Positions 27,976 to 34,554 of a stretch of 34,554 nt of DNA are shown in pieces. The DNA comes from Cercozoa sp. M6MM (lineage: Eukaryota > Protista > Endomyxa: Ascetosporea), in NCBI GenBank assembly GCA_040357565.1, contig JBDODJ010000120.1; one strand, written 5' to 3'. A program made the translations under genes and the position numbers. The notes below the pieces were generated by a model that was not told the origin of the DNA, searched no databases, and saw only the letters and a program-made list of their open reading frames with translations. Numbering within the stretch: the stretch's first letter is position 1; each line of letters starts with the position of its first letter.

Positions 27976-29293
27976 GTTTGTAGGGTGGGGGGGGAGGCTA
28001 CATGTGCAGGTGCGCCTCCTGCGTGATCTCACACGCCTTGCGCAAAAACTCAACCTCCAACGGCGTCTTGGTCGTGCGCGATCGCTCCAGAGCCGTGTAC
28101 AACATCTGTACAAACGTACCACATCACTTGTACAAACTGTCCTAGTGATCGGTCCAGATGTACCTCACGTTCGACAGTGAAGTTCTCAATGCCCGGGAAG
28201 GTAGCGGCGAGAGTACGCAGACCAGAGTCCTGCAGGGAGGGAGGGAAGGAGGGGTCATGTCGTACAGAAAGAACACAGCCGATAGTACCTTGTTAACACC
28301 GTCAAGCACGTGCACAGTGGTGCTACAACACACGACGGTTACAAAACACAGGTGTCACTGACGGTGAGTGAAGCACGTGGCCTTACCAGCCGCGCTCCTT
28401 GAGCACCGTCTCCATGTCGCACAGGTCGTGCGCGCCCTGCAGGCCCCAGTACTGCGCGTGCTCCGACAGCGGCTTGGGCTCGCCGCACCAACGCACAGCG
28501 TCCGGGTGCTATGGCAAGTAAGGGGGTAAGGGGGTAGGGGTGGGGGGTAAGGGGTGGGGTGGGGAGGTAAGAAGTGAGAATTCGACATACCGACTTAGGC
28601 AGGAAGATCAGGAACTCGCCACGCGCGATGTCGATGGCACCGACCTACACACAGGCACACACACACACACACACACATGCACACACACACATGCACACAG
28701 GCATACATGGACACCCACACACATAAACAGGCAGACACATGCAAGGCACGAACGTGCGAGTGAGTGATACCACGCCGCTCTCGTGGAAGCACTCGCCACC
28801 GAACACATAGGCGAACGACGGCTCCCTGAGTCAGGAGGATCAGTACAGACACAGGTGGTCGGGGAGGACACATCTGAGTTTGTCGGTACGGACGGAAGTT
28901 GTCGATCTCGGTGTCGGTGCAGAAGCGCTGCCACATGTCCGTCGTGCCGCCAGTGAGGATGGCCACATGACCTACATACATGCATAGACATATCTATGTC
29001 CAAGATACAGATGCGAAGGACTGGGTACCCTCTGCCTCGCTCACGTCCTTGCGAACTGTGCAAACACAAAAGTGTCACACGGACTAAATCTGTGACGTTG
29101 ATGTGCTAGAGTACCTTCCTGCAGGACCTGCGTACGCACCTGCTGCAGCATGTTGCGGTAGCGCTCTTGCGAGTTGAGCCACTGCACAGCACAGTCAACA
29201 CGACACAACTTTAAAAAGCCCAATCGAACGCACGTTAAAGCGCTCAACGTCGACCTTGACGTCGCCCGTGCAGTTCGGCAATTGGCGCCACAT
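26086..29293 (-). CDS. PEPD: Xaa-Pro dipeptidase (prolidase, peptidase M24B), multi-exon; possible further 5' exons
   Basis: Metal-site motifs after splicing: AAILHY, LADCGGEFTNYATDVT, FMPHGLGHLIGLQVH/DVGG, GMYITAEPGCYF, GGCRLEDNVYIT; C-terminus LPRAPADVETCIAELRQ* (TAA 26088-26086); N-terminal DTEIDNFR...AYVFG. Confidence 0.93.
26666..28698 (-). repeat. Three intronic (TG)n tracts in PEPD, one spanning a 100-N gap
   Basis: (CA)n on + at ~26666-26837, 27911-27972 and 28657-28698. Confidence 0.93.
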
Positions 29294-29623
29294 CTACACC
29301 AATCAACAACGATCCAATTGGCAGCCACGACGGAAACAACAAAAAAGCTACTGTACGCTGAAGAATCGCACTGCTCGTCGCACAATAATCGTCGTTCGCG
29401 ATTGTCTGGTTACTTAGATGTGTCGTACGAATGAGTACACGCACCGACACCTACCTAGAAATCTCAAAAATTGCGAATTGGCAAGAACACAGATTTGATC
29501 CCATTGTTGGTACAAATATACCAATAGACGCATCATCATCTTTGTACAGAGTAGTACAGAATCCTGCTACGAGCCCAAAGATCTTCCTCCCAAGGCGCCC
29601 AACATCTCTCAGCATAGGCACAG

Positions 29624-30941
29624 ATGTGCGTGATGCGACGTGTGGCACAGCGTGCCTCCCATAGGTGAGCCTTGTTTTTTTCGCGAAGTCTCATGGCCTG
29701 CCCGCTGACGCAGGCTCTGGTCGCTCGTGCGGCTGCATGCTCGTGCATGTGGCACACGTTTTCCGGGAACTGCGCGGCAGTCCAGCGTTTCTCAAGTCCA
29801 GACAATATGTTTATACAATTTTGATAAATATTGATCCGACAGGCATGTGCGCGCGATGGCCAAGGTGCCTTCCGTGCACATCAGCGATTTGAGCGACGAC
29901 CAGCTGCTGAAGTCGGCGCAACCGCCGCCAAACCTGCGACTGGTACCTTGAACTCGGTTGCCCAGCTGCGAAGCAATTAAGAATGCCCACATGTAGCGCG
30001 AGTCGGTGGAGGACATGTTCCTAGGCGGCAACAAGGCCCCCGTTCGCCGAGTCGCTAACGACGTTGAAGTTGTATGTTTTGCTTTTGTGTGTCTTGTTTG
30101 ACTCCCGCTTATCCGCTTGAAACCCGTCGCAGGAAGAGCTGCTAGACGAGGCCGTGCCCTCGAGCGTGAAAATGGCGCCTGCGCACCCGTGGACGAAAGA
30201 CTACGGAGTATCGTGAATGCCCTCGAATCTTTTCTGTTTGCTGTGTCTGTTTGTGCTTTGACTGGAGACGTTTAATTGCTCAGAGTTTCGCTGACGAGTT
30301 GCCCGAAAGATCAGGCTCGCTGCCCGAGAGACAGGTACTCCGGTTTGCGAATCACTTTGTATCCGCGCGGATGGGCTGTTTGATGTTAGGCCTGGGAGCT
30401 GGTCGACGACGCGCGCGAGCAGCAAAACTCAGAGTTCGTGCGCATGCGTGAGGTATGCGATTGCTTGCTCGCACCGATCTGGGCTTTCCTGACCCTCCCC
30501 TTGTGTTCGGGTAGGCCGACGCTCTGCGCAGCCGATTCATCGACGATGAAGGCGAGCACTACGGCATGGTCGAGTCTCTCGACTCCTCGCAGCTTCCCGA
30601 AACATTTGATGGTAGCACGTTACCACTTCTCCTTTATCTCATAGCTAATCCCGATGTGCTCATGCGTAGTGCAAGGCGAGGAGGCGGAAGAGCAGAGCGA
30701 CTCGCCATTCACAGCCACCACTCAGTATCCAAGAGCATACACCAGGTAGTTTGTGTGCGAGGTGGCATTGTGTGTGTGTGTGTGTGGCTGCGCAGGTTCC
30801 TGACCAATCAATTCGTGCGCTACTTGAAGTGGCAGCCGTCGGCGGCAGCGACGCTGCGTCCGTTCGAATTCGCGGCACCTGTTGGCATCTGCCCGTTTTG
30901 CTGGGTGCGTCTTGTTTTGTCCAGTCGTTTCTCCATGAACA

Positions 30942-30990
<49 letters not shown>

Positions 30991-31000
30991 NNNNNNNNNN

Positions 31001-31049
<49 letters not shown>

Positions 31050-31940
31050 CTGTTTGGCGCTACCCTTCCGCAGGTGAACAACATGGAGCACCTGGCCTCG
31101 AACGCGCAGCTGCGTCGTCGTTGGTACCTAGCCTTTGTAGCCCTGTGACCCACCAGTACTGTGCTTATTGTGCATGTGCTGCGGTGCTGCAGGGAGTTGC
31201 TGCACTCGCGCACCTTCCACTGGCCTGAGGAGGCCTCAGTGCGCTGGCGCGTCGACTTCACCAACGTCGAGTTGCTCAACAACTTTGTCAACGACCGTAC
31301 CTTTGCACAAACACACATGCTTGGTGATGCTGTATCTTTTGTTGCGACAGGCGGCATGATCTTGCCGTCGCGTGTCTCGGGCTGCTGCGGTAAGCACCAG
31401 ACGCGTCTTGCCAAGACAATCAAGACCTCACGAAACGTACCGCTCGTCTTGTTCTGCACTGCTTGATTCGCTTCCTGCCTGCGTGTGTACTGACCTGTGT
31501 ACCTACCGGTGCACCTACCTGGGCAGATGGGCTTCATGCACAAGCTGACGAAGCTGCAGATCGCGCCGCCGTCGGGTGGCATCACGGCCACGCAGCAGCA
31601 GCTGTACGCTGTGGCGCGCGACGTGTCGGCCGAGCTGTCGGCTGCCACGGCTGCCACCGACGACAGTGCGCCGTACGGTGATCTGCCCAAGATCGTCACT
31701 GTGCAGGTACACTCTCCCTGCTTGCCTGGACTGCTTCTGCTTCTGACTTGCACCATTCTTGCTGTGGCAGGAGAGTGAACAGAAGCAACCTGACACCCTT
31801 GATGCCAGCGATGAGGTATTTTCCGCTCCAGCTGGGCGTTTTGATTTGTACATTTTGGTTTTGGCGTGCAGGAGCAATTAAACTACGGCGGCGAGGAAAA
31901 CGGCAAGTCGTCCGAGTACGTGCAGTTCCACGACGACTAA
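29624..31940 (+). CDS. MRPS18: Mitochondrial ribosomal protein S18 family (bS18m) with long extensions, multi-exon
   Basis: Presequence-like MRRVAQRASHRLWSLVRLHAR (ATG 29624 or 29633). S18 core GICPFC...VDFTNVELLNNFVNDR/GMILPSRVSGCCGKHQTRLAKTIKTSRN/MGFM. Last exon EQLNYGGEENGKSSEYVQFHDD*, TAA 31938-31940. Confidence 0.85.
30944..31047 (+). repeat. Intronic (TG)n tract in the S18 gene with N-gap
   Basis: TG run on +, N10 at 30991-31000. Confidence 0.95.
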
Positions 31941-32172
31941 GCTACGGAGTCCGCCCTAGTTTAGTTTATATTGGTTTTACCTCCCTTGGGACACGTTTTA
32001 AATGACAAAACGTCAAACGATTGTCGTGTGCCAACTCCGCTTGACTCGTCGGTCGTCGCAGCCTTAACAAAAAGGATATTGTGCATTTGGTGTTGTTCGG
32101 CAGTTTCGCTAGATTTTCGTGCGTGAGGCTTAGTGGTTGCTGTATTTAATACGCACGTGCCCCGATCGGGAA

Positions 32173-33911
32173 ATGAGCTCGCCAGGAAATGAGGTTGCTC
32201 CAGAAGAAGAAACGCACGGATGCTCGGTACTGTGATATGTACTAGTTTGCGCCTTCCTCCGGGGTTCCTGTCGTATGTATCTGAGTTGTGCGTCAGGTTT
32301 GCGTTCACCACGAGAGAGATGGCGTTCACTACGTTGTAAAAGCGGAGTTGTATTCTTCTCGGAGTATGCGATTGCGCACTGTGTTTGTGGACAGACTTGC
32401 CGGCACACCTCTCGACTGCAAGCGCTGAGAGAGGCGATTCGACCGTCGTTGAACATAAACACGGTATGTATGCAGCTTGTGTTAAGTAATTGTACGCCTT
32501 TACAGTCTGCCTGTGTTTGTTCGGCAGAGAAGAAGACTCAATGAGGAAGAGGTTGCACGACTCAACGCCCTCGATCGGTAAGACATGTATGTACGCGTGT
32601 CTGTGCGGCATGCCCTGTACACAGACAAGTGATGAATGCGGTGTTCACGCCGCTGGCACCGACAGCGTCGGTGGACCTGCCACCGGCAGCAGCGTCGCTG
32701 TCGAACCGGCAGTCGCCGGTAGTCGAGATGTACGTGATCGGTGACAGCGATGAAACCGTTGCGACGGTGTGCGACGACAGTGACGGTGGCGATCAGCACA
32801 CAGACGGTGATGTCAGTGACACCGATACCAGTGGCACCATCGACTCCGACCGCGCGGAGCGATCGACGCCGGTGCACGTGCTGGCCAGCTACGCCGACTG
32901 CGGATGCACCGTCGACGATGCGGACGGTGTAACTGGTGATGCCACCTCTGTCACGGTCAGTAGTCACACCACCACTGTCCGCGCGGACGACAAGTCCGAC
33001 GACGCGGTCTCTGCCAAGTCGAACGAGTCGCGCACGCAGCTCTTCTTTTTGTTCCTGTAAGCTGGTCAGCCCCTTCCTTCTCTCGCTTTCTGACTCTCTC
33101 CTTTTGCGGGCAGTTTCGGTCGCTCGCGCATGGTGAAACTGTCGCGGATATACACTGCCTTTTGGCGACGATATGAAGTACTGCACATCTCCCATCTTTA
33201 TCTCTTCTTTCCCTTGCCTTATACTTTGTCAATTCGACTGTTATAGAAATGGCGACCGCCTCTCTGGGTTTCGATTACGGGTACTACCTTCATCTTGATT
33301 CTTTACCTCCCTCCTCCTGGTTCTATCTAACGGTTTGTGTGTGTGTGTGTGCGTGCAGTGCTGCTGCTTGGCTTCTCGTGTCTCGCTCTGGCCGTGTAGG
33401 TCGCTCTCTGTGTTCTTGTTATTTCCGACCTTACACTGCCTCCGTGTTGTTAACCTTAACCCTTGGCGCAGGTACCTGGCCTTCTTCGCGGCCAACACGT
33501 CGCTGGGTCGGCCCACCATGATGGGCTGCCGCGACCCGTCGACTTGGCGCTGCGGTAACCTCGGCGAGAACTGCATCGCTGGCTGGTACAAAACAAGGCC
33601 CTGTGTCTGCGTGTGGTCTGTATGGACTGTGCTGTATGGACTGTGCTGTATGGAATGTGGTCTATCTGGACTGTACATACTGTACATGACAGGGACGAAG
33701 CAACGGCGATTCGGTGCGGCGAGTGCGGCTACGCGCATGCGTTGCACGATACCGACTCGGCCTGGCTGTGGCCGGTAGTTTATTCTTCTACTCCCTGTCC
33801 CCGTTCCTGTATCATGTCATGACTTGTGTGCACAGGTCGGAGACGGTCCCGTGCACGGTAGGTTTTGGAATCGTCCGTGCACACATGTGTGTGTACACGT
33901 GTGTGTGTGTG

Positions 33912-33954
<43 letters not shown>

Positions 33955-34554
33955 GCATGCGAGGCAGTGCGTGTCTAACGGCGTACACCAAGGGCGTTTT
34001 TGGTGCCGACGGTGGCTGTGCTTCGTTGCGGTAGTCTAGCCCTTATGTCGTTAGCCCTTTGCCCCCTATACTTCCCGGCTGGTTCTTCCAGGCTGCTGCC
34101 AGGTGCCAATGTTTTCATCGGTACACGCGACAACACGACTTCTGACTCGTATAGTGCACTTACTGCCCTTACTTCCACCTCCGCCCCGCGCTTCCTGTTA
34201 TCCATGTTGTCATCCTGAAGGTGGGAGGCTGTGTCGTACCAAATCGAGCCGCTGGCTTGGTCGTCTGGCTGTGTGGATTGTATTACTGTTGTGTATCTCA
34301 ATCCAGCTACTTTTCTTACTTTTTGTTGTGCGAAGTGAGATACATGGTGCGTATCGTTGCATCGGCCATGTGCATGTTGTTGTGTCTCGTGAAAGCGCCA
34401 GACTTTCTGTACACTCTAACTAGTTTGACTGTTGGCCTATCTTACCCCCTCGGGCAGTTTCTTCTCTGCTTTGGTGACGAGTGGTTTCATCGACGTTCTC
34501 TTCACGGACGAGTCGCAGTGGAACGCACTCTCAGGTAGGATCTACCCTCTCCCC
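32173..34554 (+). CDS. Unknown single-pass membrane protein: acidic/Ser-Thr-rich N-terminal region, TM helix, Cys/Gly-rich C-terminal region (runs off window)
   Basis: Spliced MSSPGNEVAPEEETHGCS/VCVHHERDGVHY/TCRH...; D/S/T-rich exon 32624-~33026; basic RIYTAFWRRYE/KWRPPLWVSIT/VLLLGFSCLALA/.YLAFFAA; then GCRDPSTWRCGNLGENCIAGW, RCGECG, SACLT, GGCASL. Confidence 0.6.
33887..33951 (+). repeat. Intronic (TG)n tract in the last gene
   Basis: TG run ending directly at the CAG acceptor. Confidence 0.93.

Overview
Gene-dense, extremely intron-rich DNA from a eukaryote, most likely a protist; the taxon cannot be determined here. It uses the standard genetic code and GT-AG introns of mostly ~55-100 nt, so most ORF-track entries are exon fragments or artefacts. 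Hand splicing gives 12 genes: unknown (+, partial), coiled-coil protein (-), coiled-coil + myosin-TH1-like protein without a motor (+), prominin/tweety-like pentaspan protein (-), cytosolic HSP90 (+), AATF/Bfr2 (-), NDOR1/Tah18 (+), a probable mitochondrial membrane protein (-), NDUFAF6 (+), prolidase PEPD (-), extended mitoribosomal bS18m (+), and an unknown Cys-rich single-pass membrane protein (+, partial). The most striking unexplained signal is the 10-bp palindrome TCCGCGCGGA, found as 11 perfect copies in introns and in exons in all three codon phases, resembling cyanobacterial HIP1. Other signals: strict strand alternation over 11 genes, 26 introns in NDOR1 with no A at donor +4, (UG)n microsatellites always on the sense strand, and a candidate AACTGAA 3'-end signal.
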